Assembly (NCBI GenBank): GCA_934660865.1
Contig: CAKUIA010000016.1
Location: 30,366-62,365 of the forward strand
Origin: an uncultured Opitutales bacterium
GTDB lineage: Bacteria; Verrucomicrobiota; Verrucomicrobiia; Opitutales; Intestinicryptomonadaceae
Direction: 5' to 3'
Length of the DNA: 32,000 nt
Within the stretch, counting starts at the first letter, position 1. Each line of letters opens with the position of its first letter. The notes under the pieces were generated by a model, which was not told the origin of the DNA, searched no databases, and was given only the letters and a program-made list of their open reading frames with translations. Positions 1 to 9,834 of this stretch are shown piece after piece. Position numbers and translations under genes: made by a program.

Positions 1-130
1 CGAAATCGAATACGAATTTTGTGTAGACAAAATCCCAAATCTGCTTTGCGCGGTATTTGGGCTGCTGCCACTGCAAAATGGTTTGCTCCAGCAATTCAAA
101 GCTTAGCGAGAAAATGCAGGTTTTGCTCAT
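1..130 (-). CDS. rlmN: RlmN-type radical-SAM rRNA/tRNA methyltransferase, N-terminal 43 codons only (continues beyond window start)
   Basis: The minus-strand frame from the ATG at 128-130 reads MSKTCIFSLSFELLEQTILQWQQPKYRAKQIWDFVYTKFVFDF and runs off the window. The (F/Y)RAxQIW..Y motif is typical of RlmN N-termini (compare B. subtilis FRAAQIWEWLY, from memory). The ORF is too short to appear in the supplied track. Its start lies 4 nt after the stop of the upstream small ORF, in the same frame. Confidence 0.55.
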   Translation of the reverse strand, partial: MSKTCIFSLSFELLEQTILQWQQPKYRAKQIWDFVYTKFVFDF

Positions 131-133
131 AGC

Positions 134-364
134 CTACATTCTGTCGGGGCTTTCGGGCTGCCAGGCGCTTTTTGTGGCCGCCTTGTTGCGCTGCTTTACC
201 CTTTGTATGTATTCGTCCGAATTTTTTGTGTCGCCAGCAATAACCGAGCCTATGGGCGTGTCGCGCGCGTCTCGTTCTATGCCCTCGGTTGCGGCGCAAC
301 CCTGCAAAAGCCACATTGTAAACAACGCCGTTAAGGCCGATAAAATTAGCGCAATGTTTTTCAT
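134..364 (-). CDS. small hypothetical lipoprotein/secreted protein (76 aa)
   Basis: The internal ATG (362-364) of track ORF 134..478(-) gives MKNIALILSALTALFTMWLLQGC..., a hydrophobic signal with a lipobox-like LQGC. It sits between the CNNM gene and rlmN on the same strand. No homology recognised. Confidence 0.35.
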   Translation of the reverse strand: MKNIALILSALTALFTMWLLQGCAATEGIERDARDTPIGSVIAGDTKNSDEYIQRVKQRNKAATKSAWQPESPDRM

Positions 365-425
365 AATACTTTTTATATCGAAGTTTTCCCCTACTTTTTG
401 AATTTTTCCGGGCTTGTGTTCAAGA

Positions 426-1454
426 CTATTTTTTGCGGCCGCTTTTTTCTCTGGCCAATTCGCGCATATCAACTGCAATGTCGTCTTTCTCGAATATTTC
501 GGAGCCTACAAGCTTTTCGAAAATATCCTCCAAAGTTATCACGCCCGAAAACGCGCCGAATTCGTCTACCGCAATGGCCAGCCTTGAATGCGCCCTAATA
601 AGCTGGCGCAAAACCGAAAGCGCGCTGCCGTTTTCGGGCACAAACAGCGGCTGCGACATAAATTCGCCCACCAGGTGCGAGTCTTGGTCTTTTGCCTTTG
701 CAAGCATAATGTCTCTGCGGCGCACAATGCCAACTATGTTGTCGCGCCACTTGTCGTATATGGGGATTCTCGAAAACGCTATGTCGGAATTTTCCCTGAA
801 AATTTTGCCTATGCTTTCGTTTTTGCCGAACGAAAGCACAACGGTTCTTGGCGTCATTATTTCGGAAACTGCAACGTCGTCGAGCGTAAGCGCGTTCGAC
901 ACCAGGTTGCGCTCCTGAATGCTTATAACGCCTTCCTTTGCGCCTTTTTCGGCAAGCAGAATAATTTCGGAATCGCCCGTTTTCGAAACGTTGCCGTTTT
1001 TTGCGAAAAGCGAAACAATTTTCGAGAGCGTTGCCGAAATCGGTTTCATTACAAGGCATATGGCCGCCAATACGGGTATTAGCGGCACTTGCACGCTTTT
1101 GCGGTATATTATGCCGAAGTTTTTCGGCAGAATTTCGGAAAGCACCAAAATCGAAAGCGTCATTGCGGCGGGGAATATGTAGGAATATAGCCCGCTAGAC
1201 GGGAACATATTTGCGTATAAAATGCCGGCGGTTGTCGCCCCGAAAGTGTTGGCTATGGTGTTTAACGCCAATATTGCCGAGCTTGTCTGCCCTATGTTTT
1301 TTATGAAATTTTCCAGCATAAGCCCGAGCTTTTTGCGGCTTTTTTTTAGGGCTTCTATTTCGGCTGCGGTGGTGCTTAAAACCATGGCCTCTATCATAGA
1401 GCACAGCGCGGAAACCGCCAAAGTTAAAAATACGGTAAAAAGAAAGTAAAACAT
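426..1454 (-). CDS. CNNM/DUF21 + tandem CBS domain membrane protein (TlyC/CorC-like putative divalent-cation transporter); no CorC_HlyC C-terminal domain visible
   Basis: 342-aa ORF with an N-terminal multi-TM DUF21-like region (MFYFLFTVFLTLAVSALCSMIEA..., LSEILPKNFG). This is followed by CBS-pair-like sequence (VSEIMTPRTVV..., RIPIYD..., LAIAVDEFG.FSGVITLEDI). The ATG lies 4 nt after the uvrA stop. Confidence 0.8.
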   Translation of the reverse strand: MFYFLFTVFLTLAVSALCSMIEAMVLSTTAAEIEALKKSRKKLGLMLENFIKNIGQTSSAILALNTIANTFGATTAGILYANMFPSSGLYSYIFPAAMTLSILVLSEILPKNFGIIYRKSVQVPLIPVLAAICLVMKPISATLSKIVSLFAKNGNVSKTGDSEIILLAEKGAKEGVISIQERNLVSNALTLDDVAVSEIMTPRTVVLSFGKNESIGKIFRENSDIAFSRIPIYDKWRDNIVGIVRRRDIMLAKAKDQDSHLVGEFMSQPLFVPENGSALSVLRQLIRAHSRLAIAVDEFGAFSGVITLEDIFEKLVGSEIFEKDDIAVDMRELAREKSGRKK

Positions 1455-1458
1455 ATGT

Positions 1459-4266
1459 TTATTTTAAAAATTTAGATGTTGCAGTATCCAGCTTTTTAAG
1501 GCCGTTGAGCTTGCCCTGATAAAGAATGTAGCCGCCTTTGTCGCCGCCGCAGGGGCCCAGTTCCACAACATAGTCGGCCATTTTTATAATGTCGCACTGG
1601 TGCTCTATTATTATGATTGTATTGCCCAAGTCGCGCAGTTTAAACAAAAGCTTGGACAGCTTGTCGATGTCCTCGAAATGCAGGCCCGTTGTAGGCTCGT
1701 CTAGTATGTAAAGGTTTTTGCCGCGCTGGCGTTTTGAAAGCTCTAGCGAAAGCTTCATTCTTTGGACTTCGCCGCCCGAAAGCGTGTTCGCCGACTGCCC
1801 AAGCTTTACATAGCCAAGCCCGACGTCTTCTAACGTTTGCAAAATTCTGGATATATTTTCGTGCGCGGAAAAAAAGCTTAAGGCTTCTTCTACGGTAAGG
1901 TCTAGCACCTCCGAAATATTAAGCCCCTTGTATTTTACCTCGAGCGTTTCGCGGTTGTAGCGCTTGCCCATGCAGTTCGGGCACTTTACAAAAACTTCGC
2001 CCAAAAACTGCATATCCAAAGCCACAAAGCCGTCGCCCGAGCAGTGTTCGCACCTGCCGCCCTTAAGGTTAAAGCTGAACCTTGCGGGGGTATAGCCCCT
2101 TATTTTTGCCGCGGGCGTCGCCGCAAAAAGCGCGCGCAGGTGGTCGAATATTTTTGTGTACGTTGCGGGATTCGACCTGGGGCTTTTGCCTATGGGCGAC
2201 TGGTCTACAACAACGCATTTGTCGAAATTTTCCAGCCCCGTAATTTTTGCGTGTTTGCCCGCAATGTCTTTGCTGTTGTTAAGTTTCATCGAGGCCGATT
2301 TTGCGAGAATGTCGCCAATTAGCGTAGACTTGCCCGAGCCCGAAACGCCGCATACAACGCTTAGCGCGCCTATGGGGAATTTTGCCTCGATGTTTTTAAG
2401 GTTGTGTTCGCAGGCGCCTTTGACGGTTATAAATTTTGAAAAGTCGCAAAAATCTTTGCTTGGTTTAAGCAGCTTTTTTTGCCCCGATAAATACATTCCC
2501 GTAAGGGAATCGGGGCACTTTTGGCAGTTTTCGGGCGTGCCGCTAAATATGAGGCGCCCGCCTTGTTGGCCCGCAAGCGGGCCCAGCTCTATAATGTTGT
2601 CGGCGTTGCGCATTGCGTATTCGTCGTGCTCTACAACAACAAGCGTGTTGCCCAAATCGCGCAGGTCTTTAAGCGACTTTATCAAAGCTTCGTTGTCGGC
2701 GGGGTGAAGTCCTATGCTGGGCTCGTCCAATATGAATGTTACACCCACCAAGCCCAGTCCGAATTGCGTTGCAAGCCTTACCCTTTCTTCTTCGCCGCCC
2801 GACAGCGTGGAAAATTCCCTGTTTAGCGCAAGGTACGAAAGGGCGGTTTTTTGCAGAAATTCCAGACGCGAAATCACGGCTTTTACGGCGTCGGCAACGC
2901 ATTTGTATTTTTCGCAATTCAGCGTTTTTACAAACGCCAATGCGTCGCCGACCGTCATAGCCATAAATTTGTCGAAAGACACGTTTTCGACAAAAACGTT
3001 TCTTGCCCTTTGCGACAGCCTAGACCCCCCGCATTCGGGGCAGGGCTGCGAAACCTGGTACGCCATTAGCCTTAGGCGCAGATTGTCGCTTGTAGTGTGG
3101 GCTGCAATGCGCTTTAGCATCGGCAAAAATCCCTCGAAAGGCTTTAAAACCGGCTTTACGTTGCCAGGCCTGGGCTTAAGCAAAAACAGGCGTTTTTCGT
3201 CGCCGTATAAAACAAGGTTTTTTTCGGTTTTCGAAAGTTCGCGCCAGGGCTTTTCCAAGTCTACGGCTCCCTGCTGGGCAAGCTGCCTAAGCAGTGCGCG
3301 GTTGCGTATAATCATAGACTTCGGGCCCGTTCTAATCGCCTTAATCGCTCCCTGCTTTATGCTTAGCGAGCTGTCGGGAACAACAAGCTCTTCCTTAAAC
3401 ACCATAACCGAGCCTATGCCTTCGCAAACGGGGCAGGCTCCCTCGGGGTGGTTGTGCGAAAAAAGCCTTACGGAAATCGGGTTGTATATTTGCCCGCACT
3501 TTTCGCAGCAAAGCTTGTTGCTTAAAGTTAGCTCTTTATACGAGCCGTCGTCGCATTCGTGCAGGATTTTCGCAAACGAATTTCCCTCTTTAAACGCAAG
3601 CTCGGTAGAGTCGGCAATGCGGCCGCGGTCTTCGGGGTCGGCAACAAGCCTGTCTACTACAATGTCTATTTCAACCGTGCCCTTTGTGGGCAGTTTTATT
3701 TCGTCTATTTCCGAAATTTCGCCGTTAATGCGCAGCCTTTGCCAGCCGTTTTGTGCAAGCTCTTTAACAGTTTCCCTTGCAAGCGATGCCCTGCATGTGT
3801 GCTTGTGCGCAAGTATGTATATTTTTTTGCCGTTAAATTTAAGGATTTCATCTATGCACTCGTCGGTTGTGCGGCTTTTTATAAGCCCGCCGCAAGCGGG
3901 GCAAACTTGCGTGCCTACAACGCTCCAAATAATCCTTGCATAGTCGGCAATTTCGGTGGAGGTTGCAACCGTGCTTCTGGGCGACGAGTTTACCGGATTT
4001 TGCTCTATTGCTATTACAGGCGAAAGCGACTTTATGTAGTCTACGTCGGGCTTGCCTATTTGCTCGAGCATTTTTCTTGCCGAAACCGAAAGGCTTTCCA
4101 TATACATTCGGTAGCCCTCGGCGTAGAGGGTGTCGAATGCCAGCGAAGATTTGCCCGAACCCGAAACGCCCGTTATAACCGTAAATTTGTTTCGCGGAAT
4201 GTTTACCGAAACGTTCTTTAGATTGTGTTCGCGCGCGTTGCCTATTTCTATAAAATCGGAGCTCAT
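1459..4266 (-). CDS. uvrA: excinuclease ABC subunit A
   Basis: 935 aa with two Walker A boxes ([19 protein letters not shown] and [10 protein letters not shown]) and two ABC signatures (LSGGE). Zinc-finger cysteine pairs are present ([25 protein letters not shown]). Length and order are typical of UvrA. Confidence 0.97.
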   Translation of the reverse strand: MSSDFIEIGNAREHNLKNVSVNIPRNKFTVITGVSGSGKSSLAFDTLYAEGYRMYMESLSVSARKMLEQIGKPDVDYIKSLSPVIAIEQNPVNSSPRSTVATSTEIADYARIIWSVVGTQVCPACGGLIKSRTTDECIDEILKFNGKKIYILAHKHTCRASLARETVKELAQNGWQRLRINGEISEIDEIKLPTKGTVEIDIVVDRLVADPEDRGRIADSTELAFKEGNSFAKILHECDDGSYKELTLSNKLCCEKCGQIYNPISVRLFSHNHPEGACPVCEGIGSVMVFKEELVVPDSSLSIKQGAIKAIRTGPKSMIIRNRALLRQLAQQGAVDLEKPWRELSKTEKNLVLYGDEKRLFLLKPRPGNVKPVLKPFEGFLPMLKRIAAHTTSDNLRLRLMAYQVSQPCPECGGSRLSQRARNVFVENVSFDKFMAMTVGDALAFVKTLNCEKYKCVADAVKAVISRLEFLQKTALSYLALNREFSTLSGGEEERVRLATQFGLGLVGVTFILDEPSIGLHPADNEALIKSLKDLRDLGNTLVVVEHDEYAMRNADNIIELGPLAGQQGGRLIFSGTPENCQKCPDSLTGMYLSGQKKLLKPSKDFCDFSKFITVKGACEHNLKNIEAKFPIGALSVVCGVSGSGKSTLIGDILAKSASMKLNNSKDIAGKHAKITGLENFDKCVVVDQSPIGKSPRSNPATYTKIFDHLRALFAATPAAKIRGYTPARFSFNLKGGRCEHCSGDGFVALDMQFLGEVFVKCPNCMGKRYNRETLEVKYKGLNISEVLDLTVEEALSFFSAHENISRILQTLEDVGLGYVKLGQSANTLSGGEVQRMKLSLELSKRQRGKNLYILDEPTTGLHFEDIDKLSKLLFKLRDLGNTIIIIEHQCDIIKMADYVVELGPCGGDKGGYILYQGKLNGLKKLDTATSKFLK

Positions 4267-4437
4267 TTTTTATTGTAAGCGATTATTTACCGCCTTTATC
4301 CAATCTCAACAATAAATTTCGGCGTATTTGCGCGTTTGCAAAGTTTTTTGTCCCAAACTTTGCCGATTTGCCGCGCATTTGCCCTAAAAAAAGAGTTGAA
4401 ACAATTTTGTAAGGGGTTATCTTTTTCGGGTAATATT

Positions 4438-6249
4438 ATGACAAAAAAGACTCCAAAACCCTCGGCCAACCTAATGAAGGGTGCCGATATTATCGTAAAA
4501 TGTCTTGAAAATGCGAATGTAGACGTAATGTTCGCATATCCCGGCGGGCAGTCTATAGACATGCACAACGCCCTTACACGCTCGAAGAAAATCAGGGTGG
4601 TGCTTCCGCGTCATGAACAAGGTTGCGGCTTTATGGCGCAAGGCTATGCAAGGGCCACCGGCAAAACGGGAGTTTGCATGGCGACAAGCGGCCCGGGGGC
4701 AATGAATATGATAACCTCGATTGCCGACGCCTTTATGGACAGCATTCCGCTGGTTGCGATAACGGGGCAGGTGTTCCAGTCGTTCATAGGCAAAACGGCC
4801 TTTCAGGAAACCGACGTATTCGGCATGACGCTTCCCATTGTAAAGCACAGCTATTTGGTGCTCGACGCAAAAGACTTGCCGAGAATCTTTAAAGAGGCGT
4901 TCTTCCTTGCCAGAAGCGGAAGGCCTGGCCCCGTTGTAATCGACATTCCCAAAGACGTACAGCAGGCCATGGTTGTTCCCAATTTCGACGACAAGATAGA
5001 CCTGCCCGGCGTAGAGGAAGTGCCGCAGGCAAAAGACGAAGACTTGTCGGCCCTGCTAAAGCTTATAGAAAACGCGAAAAAGCCCGTAATAATTTCGGGC
5101 GGCGGCGTTATAAATGCCGAAGCTTCGAAAGAGCTCGACGAATTTTCGAAAATCACGGGCGTTCCCGTTGCCACAACCCTTATGGGCATAGGCGCGGTAG
5201 ACCCGCTCGAAAAGAAAAACCTCTACTGGCTGGGTATGCACGGAACATACGTTGCAAACACCGCCGTATGCAATTCCGACCTGCTTATAGCCGTAGGCTC
5301 GCGCTTTTCCGACAGAATTACGGGAGTAATTTCGAAATTTGCGCCCGACGCAAAAGTTGTGCATATCGACATAGACGCGGCCGAGCTTAACAAAAACATA
5401 AAGAGTATTCTGCCCATAAATTCCGACGTAAAATTTGCGCTTAAAAGGCTTTTGGTTTTGGCCAAAAAGTCGTTTAAAAAGCCGGATTTGGGCGAATGGC
5501 TAAAGGACATTTGCAAGTGGAAGGCGCAATACCCGTATCCCTTCTCGACAAACATAAGGAAAGACGAAATTACAACCTGCGAAGCCGTTAAGGTTTTAGA
5601 CGAAGTTTCGAAGGGCGACGTTGTTGTTACGACGGGCGTCGGCCAGCACCAGATGTGGACGCCCCAAAACTTTGTGTTCAACAAACCCCGCCAGCTGCTT
5701 AGCTCGCTGGGCGCGGGCACAATGGGCTTCGGGCTGCCGGCCGCAATAGGCGCAAAAATTGCAATGCCGCAAAAAACGGTTGTCGACATAGACGGCGACG
5801 GATCTTTCCAAATGAACATTCAGGAAATGGCCACTGCCGCCTGCGAAAATGTTCCCGTAAAGGTAATGCTTATGAACAACCAGTTCCTCGGCATGGTTAT
5901 GCAGTGGGAGGATATGCTTTACGGCGGCGTTCGCGGAAATACGGTGTTGTCGAAAGACAAGAACAATTTGGCGGGGCCAAAAAACGTTTCGGCCTTGTAC
6001 CCCGACTATGTGCGCATTGCCGAGGGCTACGACTGGAAAGCAAAGCGCATATACAAGCGCGAAGACTTAAAACCCGCAATAATTGAAATGCTAAAGAGCA
6101 AAGAACCCTATTTGCTTGAAATTGTAACCCCCGCCGACGAGCACGTTTTGCCCTTCATACCCCCGGGCAAAAGCGCGCACGAAATTATAGTAGACTGCGC
6201 CGGTTGCAAAAAATGCGACAGGGCTTTCGAGAAAAAACAGGACAAATAG
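4438..6249 (+). CDS. ilvB: acetolactate synthase (acetohydroxyacid synthase) large catalytic subunit, ThDP-dependent
   Basis: [27 protein letters not shown], and the ThDP motif [16 protein letters not shown]...[10 protein letters not shown] are present. The track ORF begins at a TTG (4336). The ATG at 4438 matches homologue N-termini. About 603 aa with a short Cys-rich tail. Confidence 0.9.
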   Translation: MTKKTPKPSANLMKGADIIVKCLENANVDVMFAYPGGQSIDMHNALTRSKKIRVVLPRHEQGCGFMAQGYARATGKTGVCMATSGPGAMNMITSIADAFMDSIPLVAITGQVFQSFIGKTAFQETDVFGMTLPIVKHSYLVLDAKDLPRIFKEAFFLARSGRPGPVVIDIPKDVQQAMVVPNFDDKIDLPGVEEVPQAKDEDLSALLKLIENAKKPVIISGGGVINAEASKELDEFSKITGVPVATTLMGIGAVDPLEKKNLYWLGMHGTYVANTAVCNSDLLIAVGSRFSDRITGVISKFAPDAKVVHIDIDAAELNKNIKSILPINSDVKFALKRLLVLAKKSFKKPDLGEWLKDICKWKAQYPYPFSTNIRKDEITTCEAVKVLDEVSKGDVVVTTGVGQHQMWTPQNFVFNKPRQLLSSLGAGTMGFGLPAAIGAKIAMPQKTVVDIDGDGSFQMNIQEMATAACENVPVKVMLMNNQFLGMVMQWEDMLYGGVRGNTVLSKDKNNLAGPKNVSALYPDYVRIAEGYDWKAKRIYKREDLKPAIIEMLKSKEPYLLEIVTPADEHVLPFIPPGKSAHEIIVDCAGCKKCDRAFEKKQDK

Positions 6250-6260
6250 AAAGTTTTATT

Positions 6261-6737
6261 ATGGCAGACACATTTGTAGTTTTCAACACGCGCTACGGCG
6301 ACATAAAACTCAGGCTTTTTACCGACAAGGCCCCCAAAACTTGCGAAAACTTTTTGGGGCTTGTAAAAAAAGGCTATTACGACGGCATAATTTTCCACCG
6401 CGTAATTAAAGATTTTATGATTCAGGGCGGAGACCCGACCGGCACGGGTCGCGGCGGCGAATCCATTTGGGGCAAACCCTTTGCCGACGAATTTTCAGCA
6501 GACTTGGCGTTCGACAAAGCGGGCTTGCTTGCAATGGCAAACGCGGGCCCGAACACCAACGGCAGCCAGTTTTTCATAACAACGGTCGAAACCCCGTGGC
6601 TTACAAACCACCATACAATTTTCGGCGAAGTTGCCGAAGGCTACGACATTGTCCAGAAAATAGAAAACTGCCGCACGGGTTTTATGGACAAGCCTTTGGA
6701 AGAGCAGAAAATTATTTCGGCAAAGGTTGTAGAATAA
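6261..6737 (+). CDS. ppiB: cyclophilin-type peptidyl-prolyl cis-trans isomerase
   Basis: [35 protein letters not shown] and HTIFGEV are hallmark cyclophilin motifs. ATG at 6261 (the track start at 6204 is a TTG inside ilvB). No signal peptide. Starts 11 nt after the ilvB stop. Confidence 0.92.
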   Translation: MADTFVVFNTRYGDIKLRLFTDKAPKTCENFLGLVKKGYYDGIIFHRVIKDFMIQGGDPTGTGRGGESIWGKPFADEFSADLAFDKAGLLAMANAGPNTNGSQFFITTVETPWLTNHHTIFGEVAEGYDIVQKIENCRTGFMDKPLEEQKIISAKVVE

Positions 6738-6762
6738 GGACTGCGGCCGATTCAAAAAAAAC

Positions 6763-6796
6763 AAAAAACGCGCTCAGTTAAGAACGCGTTTTTTTT
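6763..6796. terminator. bidirectional rho-independent terminator between convergent ppiB and rsfS
   Basis: AAAAAACGCG - 12-nt loop - CGCGTTTTTT. The stem is short and GC-poor, but it is flanked by an A-run and a T-run. Confidence 0.55.
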
Positions 6797-6818
6797 GTGC
6801 CGTTTTTGCCCGCAGGTT

Positions 6819-7193
6819 TTATTCTTTTTTGTCGAGAAACGACAAGTCCATTTCGGGCGCGTCTTTCCACAAAGATTCTATGGCGTATGTTCCCCTTTGC
6901 GTTTCCAAAAATATGTGCGCCATAAAGTCGAAGGCGTCTACAACCAGCCAGCCGCTGTTGGGCGCAAAGTCGCGGCCTACGGTTTTAATTTTAAGCTCCT
7001 TTAAAATTTTTTCTATTTCGCCCGCCAAAGCCTTCATGTGCGGTTCCGAATTTGCCGTGGCTATTATATAGAAATTCGTTATGGGCGACTTTCCGCGCAT
7101 ATCCAAAACCTTAAGGCTTATCGCCTTTTTGTCGTCAAGCGCTTTGGCGCATTTTTTTACTATTTCAACCGTGGTGTTGTCGTCTTGTATCAT
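6819..7193 (-). CDS. rsfS: ribosomal silencing factor RsfS (iojap family)
   Basis: 124 aa with D.KA..I..LD........DYF(here NFY)IIATA.S..H..A.......LK....-type sequence and the WLVVDAFDFMAHIF motif. ATGA overlap with nadD, the classic nadD-rsfS pairing. Confidence 0.9.
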   Translation of the reverse strand: MIQDDNTTVEIVKKCAKALDDKKAISLKVLDMRGKSPITNFYIIATANSEPHMKALAGEIEKILKELKIKTVGRDFAPNSGWLVVDAFDFMAHIFLETQRGTYAIESLWKDAPEMDLSFLDKKE

Positions 7194-7789
7194 TTATATA
7201 ACTTTCTGCTTTCAATATAAGAGATTACTTTTTCGGGAAGTTCAAGGTTTAAAGGCTGCAAATTTTTAATCTTATTCCTTATTTCGGTAGAGCTTATTTG
7301 TATTGCATGCCACTGCACTTTTTCGATGTTTGCAATGCCGTTTAACGCCGCGTTCTCCGTCGACGGGTATCCTTTCCTTTCGAAAACGGCAAACGAGACG
7401 ATTTTGCAAAGCTCTTTTATTTTATACCATCTGTCGAGCTGGCGGTATTGGTCTTGGCCTATAATCCAGTAGAATTTTGCGCAGGGGTACTGTTTTTTTA
7501 AATACTTTGCGGTGTCTATCGAGTAGCTCGGTACTTTTTCGCTGGAAATTTCGTAGCCGCAAATTTCGCTTTTAAAGGGCGCGTTTTTCAGGGCAAGTTC
7601 AAGCATTTGCAGGCGGTCTTTGTCGGAGGCTGCCGGCGAAAACATCTTAAGCGGGCTGCGCTTTGACGGCATAAAAACAACCCTGTCTAAAGCGAGCTTT
7701 TCGAACGCCGTTTTTGCCAGCTGCAAATGCCCGAAATGGACGGGGTCGAACGCTCCGCCCATAATGCCTATGCGCACAGAATTTTCCAT
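7190..7789 (-). CDS. nadD: nicotinate-nucleotide adenylyltransferase
   Basis: IGIMGGAFDPVHFGHL (HxGH nucleotidyltransferase motif) and a C-terminal ISSTEIR motif. I prefer the ATG at 7787-7789, 1 nt after the pdxH stop, over the TTG at 7801 used by the track. Confidence 0.9.
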   Translation of the reverse strand: MENSVRIGIMGGAFDPVHFGHLQLAKTAFEKLALDRVVFMPSKRSPLKMFSPAASDKDRLQMLELALKNAPFKSEICGYEISSEKVPSYSIDTAKYLKKQYPCAKFYWIIGQDQYRQLDRWYKIKELCKIVSFAVFERKGYPSTENAALNGIANIEKVQWHAIQISSTEIRNKIKNLQPLNLELPEKVISYIESRKLYK

Positions 7790-7790
7790 G

Positions 7791-8429
7791 CTACGGGGCA
7801 AGCCTTGAAATTTCCCACTTGCCGTCTTTAAAGTCGTGGTACTTAAAGCGGTCGTGCAGCCTGCTCGGTCGGCCCTGCCAAAATTCGAAAGACGCGGGCT
7901 TAATTACATAGCCGCCCCAGTGGTCGGGCAGGGGAACTTTGCCGTCGGCAAACTTGCGCTTCATTTCGTCGAATTTCATCTCCAAAATTTTGCGCGATGT
8001 TATTATATGGCTTTGGTTCGAAACCCACGCGCCAAGCCTGCTCGAAAATGGGCGCGACAAAAAATACTTTAGAGAGCGGGCTGTGGAAATCTTTTCTGCA
8101 ACGCCGCTTATCCTTACTTGCCTTTCCAAAAACAGCCATAAAAAGTTTGCGCAAATATGCGGGTTTTCGCCCAAATCGTGCGCCTTTTGGCTTTCGTAGT
8201 TGGTAAAAAACACAAAGCCCTCTTCGTCGTACGCCTTAAGCAAAACCGTTCTAAGCGAGGGCTCGCCGTTTGCGTTTACGGTTGCAATCTGCATTGCGTT
8301 GGGCTCGTCTACCTTGCAGTTTTGCGCCTCTTTAAACCATTTGTCGAACTGTTTAAAGGGGTTGTCGTCTAAAAGTTCGCGGGTCAGCCCAAACTTGCAA
8401 TAGTCGTGTCGTAAATCCGATAAATCCAT
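7791..8429 (-). CDS. pdxH: pyridoxamine/pyridoxine 5'-phosphate oxidase
   Basis: 212 aa with PF.QF..W...A, PNAM.IATV...G.PS.R.VLLK, FFTNY.S.K and a C-terminal EFWQGRPSRLHDR. Classic PdxH. Confidence 0.92.
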   Translation of the reverse strand: MDLSDLRHDYCKFGLTRELLDDNPFKQFDKWFKEAQNCKVDEPNAMQIATVNANGEPSLRTVLLKAYDEEGFVFFTNYESQKAHDLGENPHICANFLWLFLERQVRISGVAEKISTARSLKYFLSRPFSSRLGAWVSNQSHIITSRKILEMKFDEMKRKFADGKVPLPDHWGGYVIKPASFEFWQGRPSRLHDRFKYHDFKDGKWEISRLAP

Positions 8430-8430
8430 T

Positions 8431-9819
8431 TTAGTTTAAAAGCTCCTTTAGTGTTTTTGTGGCGTTGGTTGTAGATGCAAAATCCCTGTAGGCCTGTATT
8501 GCCTTGCCGACAATGGCCTCGTTGTTGGAAAGGTCGGCCCCGAGCAGGTGGTCGGCATCGTCCGAGTCGAGCAGCTCGAAGAATCTTGTAAGGGTTATTT
8601 CGTCGGGCGCAATCGAGGGCTTATATATTGTCTGCTGGTTGTCTTTGCTTAAATCCTCGGTTTCGCAGATAATATTTTTCAGCAAAAGCAGGTTAACGCA
8701 GCTTTTTACAATGGGCTTTGGCACGTTGCTTAGCGACTTTGCAATGCCGTCGAATTGCGGGGCGGCTTGCCCGTTGTAAAACGGCTTTGCTATTTTTGCA
8801 AACACGGCCAAACAAATCAAATCGCGCGAGCGGTTTGTAACCTTTTCCCACATAAACTTGCTTGAAATCCAGTCCATGTTCTGCACGGCGTACGAAACCT
8901 GCGCGCCTACAAGCACAAACAGCCAAAACACATAAAGGCTGAAAAGCGCTATGGGCAAAATCGCCAAATATCCGTAAAAGTTTTGGTTTTTAACTATTGT
9001 GCTTATGTATATAAACGACATCTTGTTGTTTGCAATAAGCGCCAATGTTGCAACAACGCCGCCGCAAAAAGCGGGCAGCCATTTTACGTATGTAAAGGGC
9101 AAAAATTTGTATACGCATGTAAAAAGCACTGCAATGGAGCCGAAGCCCACAAGGTATGTCCCGCCCGATGCAAAGTAGTTGAAATAGGGAACGTTTTTAA
9201 AGAACGACGAAAGCTGCGAGCTTGCCAAAAAGGTCATTCCGAAAATGCCCAGCGCCGAGCCCAAACTTATAAGCGCCCAGTAAAACGCTATTCTGTTTAC
9301 CCATTTGCGGCCTTTTTTAACGCCCCAAATTTGGTTGAAAGTGTTTTCCATTGTAACGCAAAGCAGAATGCAGGTAACGACGGTTGCAAGCGTTCCTATC
9401 ACGCCCGACTTTGCGCCCGATTTCGAAATTTTGCTTATGAACGCCGTAATTTTCGGGTTAATCGGGTTTGCCGAATCCATCTCGTTCATTTGGCCGATTG
9501 CGGGCATTGCGAATGTTATTGTGTTTGTTATTTGCTCGCATATAAAGTGCTCGCCCTTGTCGCGCAAAAACACGCTCGAAGTAAGTATTATAAGCGAAAT
9601 AAGCGGGCCTATGGCCAAAAGCGACGTGTACGAAAGCGCCGAGGCCTTGCTTGGCACATTGTTGTTTTTTACGCCCAAAACGGTGGTGTATAAAACCCTT
9701 AAAATGGCTACAAGGCGCGCCTTGCCTTTCGACAAATCGCTTAGGCTAACAGCCCACATATCCGAGCTGATGAACGAGAAAATCCTTTTTAATACGGTTT
9801 GTTTTTCGCTGTTTTGCAT
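8431..9819 (-). CDS. YihY/BrkB (formerly 'RNase BN') family inner-membrane protein with ~150-aa C-terminal extension
   Basis: 462 aa. The N-terminal part resembles YihY (ASALSYTSLLAIGPLISLII..., multiple TM segments, YGYLAILPIALFSLYVFWLFVLVGAQVSYA). The soluble C-terminal tail has a winged-helix-like pattern (weak call). Confidence 0.78.
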   Translation of the reverse strand: MQNSEKQTVLKRIFSFISSDMWAVSLSDLSKGKARLVAILRVLYTTVLGVKNNNVPSKASALSYTSLLAIGPLISLIILTSSVFLRDKGEHFICEQITNTITFAMPAIGQMNEMDSANPINPKITAFISKISKSGAKSGVIGTLATVVTCILLCVTMENTFNQIWGVKKGRKWVNRIAFYWALISLGSALGIFGMTFLASSQLSSFFKNVPYFNYFASGGTYLVGFGSIAVLFTCVYKFLPFTYVKWLPAFCGGVVATLALIANNKMSFIYISTIVKNQNFYGYLAILPIALFSLYVFWLFVLVGAQVSYAVQNMDWISSKFMWEKVTNRSRDLICLAVFAKIAKPFYNGQAAPQFDGIAKSLSNVPKPIVKSCVNLLLLKNIICETEDLSKDNQQTIYKPSIAPDEITLTRFFELLDSDDADHLLGADLSNNEAIVGKAIQAYRDFASTTNATKTLKELLN

Positions 9820-9834
9820 GGTGCTGTTTTCCTG

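Noticed and set aside
57-401. 114-aa plus-strand ORF (MGCCHCKMVC...) at the window start
   Set aside because: It overlaps the better-supported minus-strand rlmN N-terminus and the small lipoprotein-like ORF. It has an unusual Cys/Ser-rich composition and no homology. Its direction is opposite to the surrounding operon.
2714-3943. 409-aa plus-strand ORF (and several 60-220-aa ORFs) inside uvrA
   Set aside because: These are shadow ORFs opposite a clearly genuine, full-length uvrA. The products are Ser/Leu/Phe-rich with no motifs.
4336-4437. Upstream N-terminal extensions in the ORF track (ilvB 4336, ppiB 6204, nadD 7801, ndk 10750, fabG 11777, fkpA 14030, xseB 22410, TP-like 22508, hypothetical 27104)
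   Set aside because: All begin at TTG or GTG codons or overlap the preceding gene or intergenic terminators. Internal ATGs give N-termini that match the families (or a proper signal peptide), so the shorter models are used.
4267-4437. Searched the uvrA/ilvB divergent region for an ilv leader peptide, T-box or attenuator
   Set aside because: There is no ATG-initiated mini-ORF, no Ile/Val/Leu codon run, and no terminator/antiterminator pair. Only repeated TTTGC strings occur, which are a common k-mer throughout this window.
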